A stretch of DNA of 64,000 nt, from contig JAJTYI010000005.1 of the NCBI GenBank assembly GCA_021463645.1, forward strand, positions 680 to 64,679, written 5' to 3'. How positions within the stretch are numbered: position 1 is the stretch's first letter; every line of letters begins with the position of its first letter. The notes under the pieces are model-generated. The model searched no databases. It had not been told where the DNA came from and saw only the letters and a list, made by a program, of their open reading frames with translations. Positions 34,906 through 45,007 of this stretch are shown here, in pieces. The position numbers and the translations under genes are program-made. Source of the stretch: a bacterium (GTDB taxonomy: Bacteria; Patescibacteriota; Dojkabacteria; B142; OLB20).

Positions 34906-36774
34906 TCATTTGAAAATGATATTTTCTCTTTTAGAAGGAATTTTTCTCATATTCTCGGGGATGTAGTCAGGTTTGTATGTGATATTGACTTTCTCAATCT
35001 GTTCTAGTTCCTCTAAATATTTCTTAGCTTCATCAATAGTTTTTCCTGAGATTTGATCTTTCTGTTCTTCCAATTGTAGATTTTCATTGACCTCGCCTTT
35101 TGCCACTAACTCGAAAGTGATTTTTGTTCCCTCTACTTTTACATTCTTTACTTCAAAATCGTCTACTTTGATTTCGGCTTGATCGGTAGCTTTTTCACTT
35201 TTCTTGATGATTTCTTCTGCCATAGATTTAATATCCTCTTCCTGCAACTTCACAGCAGTAACTTTCATCTTCAGGTCCACCGAGAAGTTCTCTGCTTCTT
35301 CATCATTCTGAACAGTTTGTTCAAGACTGACTTGCTCATACTTCTGTGAACCTTCTAGTAAAATCTCACCTTTAGATAACTGGGATTTTAGATTTGTTTG
35401 AAGATTGCCTTTAATTGCAGTTTCGAGACCCTGTTTAACTTTTGCAACGTCATCTGCTGTTACTACAGTAATTTCTTCAGTTTTGCCTCCAGTAATATCT
35501 CTAAAGCCAAATCCTATTAGTTGATCTGTAGTAAAACCCTGGATACGGAATGTTGCAGGTTCAGTGATATTGTAGTTGTCTCCAAAGCTTTTAGCCTGTA
35601 CAGGAATATCTTTCTCGTATGAATCAATTGCAATTGTAGTGTTCTCTATCAACTCATACTCTAGATTTGTTGAAATATCTATTACTACCTGGCCTTTCGC
35701 TAGATTAACTGCCGATTCTTCGCTTTTGTTCCTCATCTCAATAATACCCTTAGCGTACTCTCCTGTTTCTTTTTTACCTGTCGCTACACCATCTCCAGAG
35801 GACGATTCTTCAAGTCCAAGTTCAGTTCCAGGAATAATCAAGTTTTCACTATCAATCTCTGTGGCGAGAGTGGAAACAGTAATAATTTCATTTATATTAC
35901 CTTCGGATTGGTTGAACTCTACTTCAATCTCAACCTTGGCCATATTTTTGTAACTATATGCAAATGCACCACCAAAGAGCAATAGTAGTAATAATAAGGC
36001 TAAACCGACAATTATAAGTAGTTTTTTAATATTTCTTTTTTTCTTGGGACCGCTTTCTTTTAACCTTCGTGTTGCAACATTTGCAGATTGTTTCTCTTCT
36101 GTAGATTTTTCGGGCTCAGCAATAATTTCAGGTTTTTCAGCTTCTGATTCTTTCTCGTCTTTTTTAATCTCAGCTCCTGTAACTGGTGCACTTAAGTCTT
36201 TTAATTCATTAATATCACCACCTGAAGCAATCGCGATACCTCCCAGAGTAACAATTTTCGGACTTAGTCGAGGCTTTTCCCCGAATATCTCTTTTTCCGT
36301 ATGTTCGATTGGTTTAGTTATCTCTGGTTCTTTCTGTTCTTCGATTTTTTCGGCAACCTCAGGTTTCTCTTCTTCTACCACTTCTGGGATGACTTCCTCT
36401 TCGATTACCTCTTCGGGCATTCTAGAAGTAAGTAATTCTTTCTTAATTCCCTCCTTATGTTCTCTGAGCTCATTCTTAATTGCCAGAGCTTCATCCCAAG
36501 CAGATTTATCCACTAGACTAATTTTGTCGCGAACCACTAAATTGGCTTTACCTGCTAATTTGATGCCTGTAGGATTGTCCGTTACCAGGATTAATAATTT
36601 ATTAGAGTCAATCAATTGTTTCGATAGAAGTTTCAAGCTGGTAACACTGCTTACCACACCGCTTGTTGCCGGAATTACAAGTATCACACGCGATGTTGCT
36701 GCACGCAAAATCTTCTCAACGACGAATATGATTTCGTCATCCTGATCAACAAATATTTTCTCTATCGTCTGCAT
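34906..36774 (-). CDS. Hypothetical single-pass membrane protein (cytoplasmic N-domain, E/K-rich linker, large extracytoplasmic domain)
   Basis: 622 aa. TM helix LLIIVGLALLLLLLLFGGAFAY. The start overlaps the ftsA-like stop (TAATG). No recognisable domain. Confidence 0.4.
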   Translation of the reverse strand: MQTIEKIFVDQDDEIIFVVEKILRAATSRVILVIPATSGVVSSVTSLKLLSKQLIDSNKLLILVTDNPTGIKLAGKANLVVRDKISLVDKSAWDEALAIKNELREHKEGIKKELLTSRMPEEVIEEEVIPEVVEEEKPEVAEKIEEQKEPEITKPIEHTEKEIFGEKPRLSPKIVTLGGIAIASGGDINELKDLSAPVTGAEIKKDEKESEAEKPEIIAEPEKSTEEKQSANVATRRLKESGPKKKRNIKKLLIIVGLALLLLLLLFGGAFAYSYKNMAKVEIEVEFNQSEGNINEIITVSTLATEIDSENLIIPGTELGLEESSSGDGVATGKKETGEYAKGIIEMRNKSEESAVNLAKGQVVIDISTNLEYELIENTTIAIDSYEKDIPVQAKSFGDNYNITEPATFRIQGFTTDQLIGFGFRDITGGKTEEITVVTADDVAKVKQGLETAIKGNLQTNLKSQLSKGEILLEGSQKYEQVSLEQTVQNDEEAENFSVDLKMKVTAVKLQEEDIKSMAEEIIKKSEKATDQAEIKVDDFEVKNVKVEGTKITFELVAKGEVNENLQLEEQKDQISGKTIDEAKKYLEELEQIEKVNITYKPDYIPENMRKIPSKRENIIFK

Positions 36775-38030
36775 TATTTTTTATCTAATTCAAAATACAT
36801 TCTAGCAAGTGCAAGAGGCGCTATGTCCTCAGGACCAGTTATACTTCGAGATACATCATTAATATCTTCAAGTTGCTTAGGATACAAATACTCAATCTTT
36901 GGATGTTTAGCAAAAGGTAGTGTTTGTAACCATGCATATTCTTGAAGGGATTCTTTGATTTCAGGTAAACCCGAGCCTCCTCCGCAAAGATAAAATACGG
37001 TAGGATAATTATCGATATCTTCGATTTCTGAAAGTGATAACTCAACACCTTGTGCCCAAACTAAGCAATCCTTAGTTAACATTTCTCGTATTGCTCTTGC
37101 TTGTGTTTCATTTACTGCACCGTTACTATAATCAATTTTGATTTTTTCAGCGTCTTCGATTTGAACTTTTAATTTGTTTGAAATTCTCTTTGTGAAAACC
37201 TTCCCTCCGTAAGCAAACATTTTGGTAGCGATGACACTCCCTCGGTCAACCACAGCAATATCGGTTGTACCTCCACCAATATCTATAATTACAGCTGAGA
37301 ATTTCTCGTTTTTTGCGTCTTTGACTGCTCTAGCTACAGCATATGGCTCAACTTCGATTGATAAGATTTCCAATCCAAGTTGAGATGCAATTTCCTTGAG
37401 GGAATTTAAGTGCAAAGAAGGAGCAAAAGTTGAGAATACTCGATAACTGATGTTCTCGCCTGTCATACCTAGTGGACGATCAACTTGAACACCATCTATG
37501 TATGTAGCATTAATTTTTGTGTTAATTTCTTGAAGTCTTTTGGTCTCAATTCCAGTTTCCTCAGAGATATCATTGATCGCTTGATTAAATGAGTATTCCT
37601 TTATACTGGTAATTACTTCGTCAATTTCTTTTTGTTCAATTTTTACGTCAGGCTCTTCTCTCGAATAATCAGCGATAATAGTCACACCTTTTACAAGTTC
37701 TCCAGCAATACCTAAAAGGGCTTTTTCAGGTGCGGGAGTAACGTACTCAACACCTAATTCCTTGCTCATGATTTCATCGGCATGATTTAGTGCCTCTCCG
37801 ATGGCTTTGTCACAAGCGTTTACAACGTGTTCGATATTAATGACCATAGCGCCTTTCATGGCAGATCCATGCTGTCTACTACGGCCATAGCCAAGAACTT
37901 TTATAGAGGTATCACCTTCTTCAACTGTGAAGATAACAGCTTTTACGAATTCAGTACCGACGTCAAGCGCCAAAAGCACTTCGTTATCTGTTTTATTTGT
38001 TTTGTTGAGAAATGGCAGCTTCATTTTCAT
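36774..38030 (-). CDS. ftsA: Actin-like ATPase, FtsA-like cell-division protein
   Basis: 418 aa. LALDVGTEFVKAVIF (phosphate 1), MKGAMVINIEHV, VIIDIGGGTTDIAV (phosphate 2), and LCGGGSGLPEI (adenosine motif). Confidence 0.6.
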   Translation of the reverse strand: MKMKLPFLNKTNKTDNEVLLALDVGTEFVKAVIFTVEEGDTSIKVLGYGRSRQHGSAMKGAMVINIEHVVNACDKAIGEALNHADEIMSKELGVEYVTPAPEKALLGIAGELVKGVTIIADYSREEPDVKIEQKEIDEVITSIKEYSFNQAINDISEETGIETKRLQEINTKINATYIDGVQVDRPLGMTGENISYRVFSTFAPSLHLNSLKEIASQLGLEILSIEVEPYAVARAVKDAKNEKFSAVIIDIGGGTTDIAVVDRGSVIATKMFAYGGKVFTKRISNKLKVQIEDAEKIKIDYSNGAVNETQARAIREMLTKDCLVWAQGVELSLSEIEDIDNYPTVFYLCGGGSGLPEIKESLQEYAWLQTLPFAKHPKIEYLYPKQLEDINDVSRSITGPEDIAPLALARMYFELDKK

Positions 38031-38172
38031 AGGTTATAGTTTAGCAGGAAATTATAATTTGTTTAAGTTTATAATGGGATTATTGGAGATACATATTTCA
38101 TTGTAATATATGTAGCGATATCTTTAGTGCAATTATAATGATATAATCTTTTGAATTTTATTACTAAACTCT

Positions 38173-39093
38173 ATGAGTAGCATATCTTTAGAACGAGAAG
38201 AACTTTCATTTAACGACGAAATTGGAAAAGAATACATAAGATTACGAAGAGTGAGCCTAAAAACTGGAACGAGTAAAAGTATAGCTATCTCATACGCTAT
38301 AAAATACCTTTCAGAAACTAAAATTAAGCGTCCACTGCACATAGCGGATTTTGGTTGTTTTGATGGTGAATTTCTCTCACAATTCAAAGACATGAGCGGT
38401 ATTGATAAAGAGAGTAGATTATATGGATTTGACTATAACGAAAGTTTGCTCGACCTAGGGAGAAAAAACATCCCTGGTATAGAGTATTATAAGAAAGACC
38501 TCTTCACAGATAGTTTTAACGAATATAAAGACCTATTTGACATAGGTTTCTGTGTAAATACTCTTCATGAGATATATAGTTTCCATAGCAAAAACGGAGT
38601 CTTTAACCATAAAAAAGGAATAAATTCGGTTATGAAGTCAATTGAGAACATGACAAGCACAATAAAAGATGGAGGTATATTAATTATCTTCGATGGAGTT
38701 GCAAGCATCCATAGGGATAAAATGGTTACAATTGGGATTAAATCAGAGAAGGATTTAAAACTTTTTAATAAATTTTTTAATGAATATCAATTTAATAAGA
38801 TTGATTATAAACAGGTAGATAAATTCACCTTTAGTATGAAATACTCCACGTTTACAAAATTTATAACTAAGTACAGGTTCTTGGACAACATAGTCTGGCA
38901 AATAGAATCAGAAGAATGTTATCAATACTTTACTCCTTATGAATTTAATGACGCACTCAAGAAAGTAGGATTACAGACATACGAGATGTCTTTGTTGTCA
39001 CCAAATACTGGAAAATGGTCGAAAATAGTGGATATTATAGGTGAAAAGTTCAATTTTCCCGATGAACATATATTAATTATTGGGAAAAAGTGA
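38173..39093 (+). CDS. SAM-dependent methyltransferase (class I-like)
   Basis: 306 aa. HIADFGCFDGEF (motif I-like), GFDYN, and IKDGGILIIFDG. Confidence 0.55.
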   Translation: MSSISLEREELSFNDEIGKEYIRLRRVSLKTGTSKSIAISYAIKYLSETKIKRPLHIADFGCFDGEFLSQFKDMSGIDKESRLYGFDYNESLLDLGRKNIPGIEYYKKDLFTDSFNEYKDLFDIGFCVNTLHEIYSFHSKNGVFNHKKGINSVMKSIENMTSTIKDGGILIIFDGVASIHRDKMVTIGIKSEKDLKLFNKFFNEYQFNKIDYKQVDKFTFSMKYSTFTKFITKYRFLDNIVWQIESEECYQYFTPYEFNDALKKVGLQTYEMSLLSPNTGKWSKIVDIIGEKFNFPDEHILIIGKK

Positions 39094-39129
39094 TATTATT
39101 GATATATATTATATCGTATTATATAAACT

Positions 39130-39723
39130 ATGAAAGTATATTTCTCCGCAACCATAACTGACGATGAACAATACAAATCTTCCTACAAAAAAATTCTCAA
39201 TATATTAAAACAAGGGAAACATGACATTTATGAGTACGGTTCTGATCAACTTGACACAAGCAAAATCCTCTCACAAAGTGATGACGAAATACTAAAAATT
39301 TACAGGGAACTCGATAAATTTCTGAAACAAGCCGATGTGTATATTGCTGACATTTCCTTACCGAGTGTTGCAATAGGTTATGAAATATCACAAGCAATCG
39401 TATTGAGAAAACCAGTACTTGCCTTAATAAACGAAAAGTCGTCTTTCCAGCCATTGGCTACAATTAAGGGCAACAAGTCTCGTTATCTAGAGTTGGAAAA
39501 GTACAACGTAAATACCCTACCGAAAATACTAAAGGATTTCATGAAGAAATCGAAAAAGAAACTTGACTCAAAGTTTATATTAATTGTATCTCCAGAGATT
39601 GATAGCTACCTTACTTGGTCTTCACAGGAAAACCGCATGCACAAAGCTCAAATTGTTCGAGATGCAATCGAAAAAGTGATGAGTAAAGATACAGAATACA
39701 AAAAATTCTTGGAGACTGCTTAA
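39130..39723 (+). CDS. Nucleoside 2-deoxyribosyltransferase-like domain fused to a C-terminal ribbon-helix-helix (CopG-like) motif
   Basis: 197 aa. MKVYFSATI…ADVYIADISLPSVAIGYEISQAIVLRKPVLAL follows the NDT-like Rossmannoid pattern with a conserved Glu. The C-terminal FILIVSPEIDSYL…RMHKAQIVRDAIEKVM looks like an RHH. Confidence 0.4.
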   Translation: MKVYFSATITDDEQYKSSYKKILNILKQGKHDIYEYGSDQLDTSKILSQSDDEILKIYRELDKFLKQADVYIADISLPSVAIGYEISQAIVLRKPVLALINEKSSFQPLATIKGNKSRYLELEKYNVNTLPKILKDFMKKSKKKLDSKFILIVSPEIDSYLTWSSQENRMHKAQIVRDAIEKVMSKDTEYKKFLETA

Positions 39724-39732
39724 CAGAGGGAA

Positions 39733-41022
39733 TTAAGAATAAACACCAAAATCCTCAGGAAGATACTGTCTGAAATTCTCGGGAGTAATTTCAAATCGAC
39801 TACCCTGCCCTTCTACCATTTTTTTAGCAATTTTCCGCACCAGAGTAGTGATATTTCTCTCTAATTGTCTAATTCCCGCATCGAAACCTAGAGGGCGAAT
39901 CAATAATGGCCAGACACTTTCACTGAAGACGATAACATTCGGGTCAATTCCTGTGGCTTCTATCACTTTTGGAAGAAGATAGTCCTTGGCGATGTGCATT
40001 TTCTCTTCATCGGTGTAACTAGACATACGGACAATCTCCAAACGATCAAGAAGTGCAGCACTAATTCCTCCAAGGTTATTCGCAGTACACACGAACATGA
40101 CCTTCGATAAATCAACGGGGTAGTCAATGTAGTGGTCTCGGAATGTCGCGTTCTGCTCAGGATCTAGAATTTCGAGTAATGTAGCCATGACGTCAGCTCG
40201 CACACCACCAAAATCACTAACCTTGTCAATTTCGTCCATCAATATAAGCGGATTCATCACATCAGTTCGAATGAGAGATTTGACTACTTGTCCGGGTTCA
40301 GAATCAATTTCACTTCGAGATCTACCCCTCAACTCCGAAACATGGGCTATACCTCCAAGTGAAATCCTAACAAACTGACGTCCCATTGCAAGAGCGATAG
40401 ACTTGGCAATCGAAGTTTTACCGATACCTTGTACTCCAACCAAACAAATAATTGGTGCATGAGCTGAACTTCCCTCTAGTTTCACCATTTTCTCAATTTG
40501 CGTAGGTACTTGCTGGACTTGTTGATTGACAGGCATCGGGGGGGATGTTTGTGGAATTTGTTGATTAACAGGCATCATGGCAGTCGTTTGTTGTGCCTGT
40601 TGTTGAACTGGATTCATTTGGACCTGAGGATTAATTGGATTCGATGGAACACCTCCACTCTGTTGGAGTCTTTGTAGATGCAAGATTGCAATATACTCTA
40701 AAATTCTCTCTTTTACTTGTTGCAAACCGAAATGAGTTTTATCAAGCTGATTTTTTGCGTTATTAAGGTCAAGATTATCCACTGAATACTTTTCCCATGG
40801 TATCTGGCAAATCCAAGATACATATTTAGCGATTGGTTCGTATTCTCTGGAAAAATATCCATACTTAGCAACTCTACGGAGTCTAGAGACCATAGTTTTG
40901 GTTTTTTCTAGTAAATCCTCAGGTAATTGTGCCTCAGAGAGTTCTTTCTCGAGCTGTAGAATCTCCCCCACTTCCTCTGAAGCTAGATTGGCAGTATTGT
41001 TAGTGATTTGTTTTTCGTCCAT
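39733..41022 (-). CDS. Lon-like AAA+ ATPase module without a peptidase domain
   Basis: 429 aa. LPEDLLEKTKTMVSRLRR…YVSWICQIPWEK…HFGLQQVKERILEYIA matches the pre-AAA segment of Lon. A Q/P-rich insert follows. The AAA+ module reads CLVGVQGIGKTSIAKSIALAMGRQFVRISLGG…LILMDEIDKV. The protein ends where the Lon S16 domain would begin. Confidence 0.7.
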   Translation of the reverse strand: MDEKQITNNTANLASEEVGEILQLEKELSEAQLPEDLLEKTKTMVSRLRRVAKYGYFSREYEPIAKYVSWICQIPWEKYSVDNLDLNNAKNQLDKTHFGLQQVKERILEYIAILHLQRLQQSGGVPSNPINPQVQMNPVQQQAQQTTAMMPVNQQIPQTSPPMPVNQQVQQVPTQIEKMVKLEGSSAHAPIICLVGVQGIGKTSIAKSIALAMGRQFVRISLGGIAHVSELRGRSRSEIDSEPGQVVKSLIRTDVMNPLILMDEIDKVSDFGGVRADVMATLLEILDPEQNATFRDHYIDYPVDLSKVMFVCTANNLGGISAALLDRLEIVRMSSYTDEEKMHIAKDYLLPKVIEATGIDPNVIVFSESVWPLLIRPLGFDAGIRQLERNITTLVRKIAKKMVEGQGSRFEITPENFRQYLPEDFGVYS

Positions 41023-41097
41023 AGAAATAGTAACTTCAGTATAAAGCTATTCCAAATGGAACTCAACTTAAGGATGTAAGACGACCGAGAATATGAA

Positions 41098-41754
41098 TTA
41101 TTCCTCTTCTTTGGTCTCTTCACTAACACCTTCTTTGGTTTCTTCACCTTCAGTTTCTTCGCCTTCTTCTGCGACCTCTTCTGGTGTTTCTTCCTCGATT
41201 GTTTTCTGAGGAGCTGCTATGTAAGCTACTGGAGAGTCTGGTGCTACATCATTAGCGATTTCAACACCCTCTGGTAATTTAATATCAGCTACAGTAATGG
41301 AATCACCGATCTCGTTAAAACCATCAATACTGACCTCCAAAGATGCTGGTAAATCGCTAGGTAGACAAGTTACCGACACAGACTGTAATGGATGTACCAA
41401 AAGTCCGATATTGTTTTTAACTGCGAATGATTCCCCAACAAATGTAAGTGGGATTTCTGCTGTAATCTCTTTTTTCATATTCACCTGATACAAGTCAATG
41501 TGTGTAAACTCGTCTGTCAAAGTGTTTGCTTGCAAATCTTTAACCAAAACTTTCACTTTATCTCCTTCTAAATCCAAATCGAACAACTTTGAGTATCCAA
41601 CATCCTTGAAAAGCTTTTTGAATTCAAGAGGATCAATAGTAATATTTGTAGATTCTCTGTTTGGTCCATAAAGAACTGCAGGTAATTTTTTTGCACGCCT
41701 GAGTTGACTAACTTTTTTGCCTGTAATTTCGCGCTTTGTAGCTTTGAGTAACAT
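41098..41754 (-). CDS. rplY: 50S ribosomal protein L25 / general stress protein Ctc form
   Basis: 218 aa. REITGKKVSQLRRAKKLPAVLYG…, a two-domain length and an acidic tail. Confidence 0.9.
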   Translation of the reverse strand: MLLKATKREITGKKVSQLRRAKKLPAVLYGPNRESTNITIDPLEFKKLFKDVGYSKLFDLDLEGDKVKVLVKDLQANTLTDEFTHIDLYQVNMKKEITAEIPLTFVGESFAVKNNIGLLVHPLQSVSVTCLPSDLPASLEVSIDGFNEIGDSITVADIKLPEGVEIANDVAPDSPVAYIAAPQKTIEEETPEEVAEEGEETEGEETKEGVSEETKEEE

Positions 41755-41771
41755 AGTATTTATTTAATAGA

Positions 41772-42278
41772 TTATTTAGATTTTGGGGATATTACTACCC
41801 TTCTGTTTTCACCCTCTCCAGCACTAGAAGTGACAATCCCTTTTGTTTCCTTGAGTGCCATATGCACGATTCTTCGTTCGGATGGTTTCATTGGAGATAA
41901 TTCCATAGGTTGTCCTGAATTCAATACTTCATCAACAGCTCTTAAAGCATACGATACGAGGTAATCAGCTCTTTGTTTACGGTAGTCATTAATATCTAAT
42001 ATTATTCTATATTTCTCAGTAACATCTTCTTTTGAAAGAGTTTTTGTGAGAATCAATCCAAGAATTGTTTGAATGGAATCTAACATATTACCTCTAAATC
42101 CAATCAATTCTCCAAGGTTTTCCCCTGTCAAAGTTACATTTAGGTAACTGAAATCCCCACTCTCTGTAGTGTTAACAGGTTCTCCAATAGTAATCTCTGC
42201 ATCAAGACCCAATTGAGTCAGGAAATCTTGAATTAGCGATTCTGTTATTTTTTTAAGGTCATTTTCTTTTTTTGCCAT
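41772..42278 (-). CDS. jag: Jag/KhpB-like RNA-binding protein (KH + R3H)
   Basis: 168 aa. C-terminal R3H motif SPMKPSERRIVHMAL. Lies directly downstream of yidC in the conserved synteny. Confidence 0.8.
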   Translation of the reverse strand: MAKKENDLKKITESLIQDFLTQLGLDAEITIGEPVNTTESGDFSYLNVTLTGENLGELIGFRGNMLDSIQTILGLILTKTLSKEDVTEKYRIILDINDYRKQRADYLVSYALRAVDEVLNSGQPMELSPMKPSERRIVHMALKETKGIVTSSAGEGENRRVVISPKSK

Positions 42279-43584
42279 TTGATGTGTTGTCTTTTGTTTT
42301 ATTAATTTTATCTAGAAATTTAGTTTTATACTCAAGAAAACTTTGTTTTGTCTTTTCTTTATTAGTTATTAACTCTTGGATTATAACAAAGCTATTCTGT
42401 CCAGTCCAGAAAAGGCTTACTCCCGTGGGGAAAAACGCTCCAAAAAATCCCAGAGACCACACAATAGTAATCAATGGGAAAATATAGGTCATCTGCTTAG
42501 AGGATTGGGCTAGAATTTCCCCAAAATCCATATCATCTTCTTTTTTGTCTTTGTTCTTGGATGACTTTGATTTAGAATCTTTTTTCTCTGTTTTTTCTTT
42601 CTTCGCTTCAGCCATCATTGGGTTCATCCCCATTTGTACTTTTGATGCAAAGATTTGAGTGATACCAACTGAAATTGCAATTAATACATAAGGAGTGACC
42701 GTAGAAATATCAGAGAAACCGAAATCGGTAGCAACCTTAGACAAGTCTGCCCCTAGAAATGAGAAATTAAGTGGCTCACCTTTTGATATTTCTAGTGAAT
42801 CGACTTCAATTTTTCGACCATTTAAAGCAACTTCACTTTTTTCGTAATTGATTTTGGTATTAGATGGTGGACGTATGTAGGCACTAATTTTATCTAAGTC
42901 TTCTAATATAATAGGATTATCATTTTTGAATTCATAAAATTCTTCGACATAGAGCGAGATACTTGAAGTTCTCTCCTCTGAATCGTTCTCAGCTTTTTCT
43001 TCTTCACTTATTTCTCCTCTTTTCTCGTCTAATTGTTTTGTTAATTCATCTCTATTTTCATCATCAACTAGTGCGAAGTGATACGTCTTGTTTAACTCGT
43101 AACCATTCGAAACAACTTTGTAGTCAAGTGTGTACACACCAGATTCAAGTTCTGCAGTGTCATATTTTATTGAATCTTCTGGAAGTTTCTGGCTTTCGCT
43201 ATAAGCAACAGTATTAAATGCGTGTACTCCTTGATCGACAAGATTGATAATGACGTTTCTAACTTGAATTAAAAGAATCAGTGCCAAAATCATATTCAAA
43301 CAGCCACCCAGTTGACCTGGTAGATATTTTGCTTGTACTTTTGCTAATTCCTGTGCTTGTTTTTCTTGGTTTTTCTTGTATTTCTTTTTGATTGCTTCAA
43401 CTTCTTTCTGGAAGACCTTATTCTTCTCAGCGTTTTTCATTTGTCTACGTGTCAGTGGCAATGTTATCAATCTAGAAACGACAGCCAAAAGGAGTATAGC
43501 AACACCCAAGTTTCCTACGATGTCATAGAAAAACATCAATAGATTAAATGTAGGCTCGTAGAATATAGTTCGTATTATTTCCAT
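42259..43584 (-). CDS. yidC: Membrane protein insertase YidC (Oxa1 family) with a large inserted extracytoplasmic/acidic region
   Basis: 441 aa. GVAILLLAVVSRLITLPLTRRQMKNAEK…KYLPGQLGGCL and a C-terminal basic tail. Confidence 0.8.
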   Translation of the reverse strand: MEIIRTIFYEPTFNLLMFFYDIVGNLGVAILLLAVVSRLITLPLTRRQMKNAEKNKVFQKEVEAIKKKYKKNQEKQAQELAKVQAKYLPGQLGGCLNMILALILLIQVRNVIINLVDQGVHAFNTVAYSESQKLPEDSIKYDTAELESGVYTLDYKVVSNGYELNKTYHFALVDDENRDELTKQLDEKRGEISEEEKAENDSEERTSSISLYVEEFYEFKNDNPIILEDLDKISAYIRPPSNTKINYEKSEVALNGRKIEVDSLEISKGEPLNFSFLGADLSKVATDFGFSDISTVTPYVLIAISVGITQIFASKVQMGMNPMMAEAKKEKTEKKDSKSKSSKNKDKKEDDMDFGEILAQSSKQMTYIFPLITIVWSLGFFGAFFPTGVSLFWTGQNSFVIIQELITNKEKTKQSFLEYKTKFLDKINKTKDNTSNGKKRK

Positions 43585-43595
43585 AGTGAGAATGT

Positions 43596-43958
43596 TTAAG
43601 TAAGTTGCGATTCTTTGGCGATGGCGTCTTTTGCAAGTCTAAGCACTTCGTCAAAATTCTTTTGTTGAAGATGATTGTCAATTTTTGAATTGATTTCTTC
43701 TCTAAACTTTTTTTCATAATCGACCATTACAGGAACGATTACTTGTCCGAGTTCTTCGAAATGATCGTCTAGTTTGGGAAGTATTTGAATCAATTCTTCA
43801 AAAGTATAACTACCGGAGAGCTTATCCAAAATCATTTTAGCGATTTCCTTTGCTCTATCAGGCGACATCTGTCCTGTTTCTAATTTTTTTGTGATTAATT
43901 CAACGATTTTTGCTTGAACTTCAGATTTGAGTTCGTCTGGGTTTGTATTGTCTATCAT
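43596..43958 (-). CDS. Hypothetical small helical protein
   Basis: 120 aa and soluble. No recognisable motif. Confidence 0.35.
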   Translation of the reverse strand: MIDNTNPDELKSEVQAKIVELITKKLETGQMSPDRAKEIAKMILDKLSGSYTFEELIQILPKLDDHFEELGQVIVPVMVDYEKKFREEINSKIDNHLQQKNFDEVLRLAKDAIAKESQLT

Positions 43959-44003
43959 TATTATTATGCTAACTCAAGATTATAACAGATATACAAGTTT
44001 TTC

Positions 44004-44936
44004 TCAGCTTTTCAGCGCATCTTGGATATAACCTACCAACCTAGCCTTATCTAGTTCACCCTTAATATTAAATCCACACGCCCCTTTGTGACCACCCGCA
44101 GTATCGGGACTCATTTTCTTGGCAATTTCTAATAGATTTATATCGTTTTTTCCAGGGTAAAAATTATTTCTATATAATCGAATTTTACTCCAACCTTCAC
44201 GTTCGTGAGGTTTCTCGACGACAATTACCTTTGAATCTGTAAACTCAGCAGTGTAAACGTAGCTAGTCATCTTTTCCTCTAATTTATAATTATTCAAACT
44301 CACGAAAACGGTATCTTTTACTTTTTCACTGTTTTGCCTAACGAATTCAGACATTTTCCCTCTCAGTGCCAAATATCTATCAATTCTTTCTTTTATGAAA
44401 GGATGCTCACAGACTTTTCCCAAACTCATTCGAGATAATAATTCGATGAGTAATAAATTAAAATACTTTTGATCGCGACTGATTACTAATGCTAATTTGT
44501 AAGTATCGTTTGGATTTAGAAAATCCTCGAGAGAGATATTTCCAGAATCAAATTTATTAATATCGTCAATTAGTGGCTCAAAGTCTGAAAAATCAGCGAC
44601 GTCTCGAAAATACGAATACACCACTTGTGCAGCACTATCCACTGGCATCCATCCCCCTATAAATGAAGATGTGGGGCGATTACTCTCATGATGGTCAAAA
44701 AAGTAGCCACATAATGGTGAATATCGCAAATCTGCCATCAATGTCTTATCAGTTATTAAATGGTCAATTTTCCCCTCTTGAATTTCGGAAGCTTTACTTT
44801 GGATGATTTCTACTTTTGGAAAGACTTTTCTCAATAATGCACCACAAATAACACCATCAAAATCACTATCAACTATTATTCTTTCAACAATGTAATTCTC
44901 AACAAAGAATTTACCTTGGGATTTTGTTTGTTTCAT
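44004..44936 (-). CDS. DHH/DHHA1-family phosphoesterase (NrnA-like)
   Basis: 310 aa. SDFDGVICG (DxD), FFDHHES (DHH), and AGGHKGACGF (the GGGH motif of DHHA1). Confidence 0.65.
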   Translation of the reverse strand: MKQTKSQGKFFVENYIVERIIVDSDFDGVICGALLRKVFPKVEIIQSKASEIQEGKIDHLITDKTLMADLRYSPLCGYFFDHHESNRPTSSFIGGWMPVDSAAQVVYSYFRDVADFSDFEPLIDDINKFDSGNISLEDFLNPNDTYKLALVISRDQKYFNLLLIELLSRMSLGKVCEHPFIKERIDRYLALRGKMSEFVRQNSEKVKDTVFVSLNNYKLEEKMTSYVYTAEFTDSKVIVVEKPHEREGWSKIRLYRNNFYPGKNDINLLEIAKKMSPDTAGGHKGACGFNIKGELDKARLVGYIQDALKS

Positions 44937-45007
44937 CTATGTTTCTAACAGATTTTGTATTATATTCTCATCCGTAACAACTGTAAAGAAGAAACCTGTA
45001 CAGTTAA

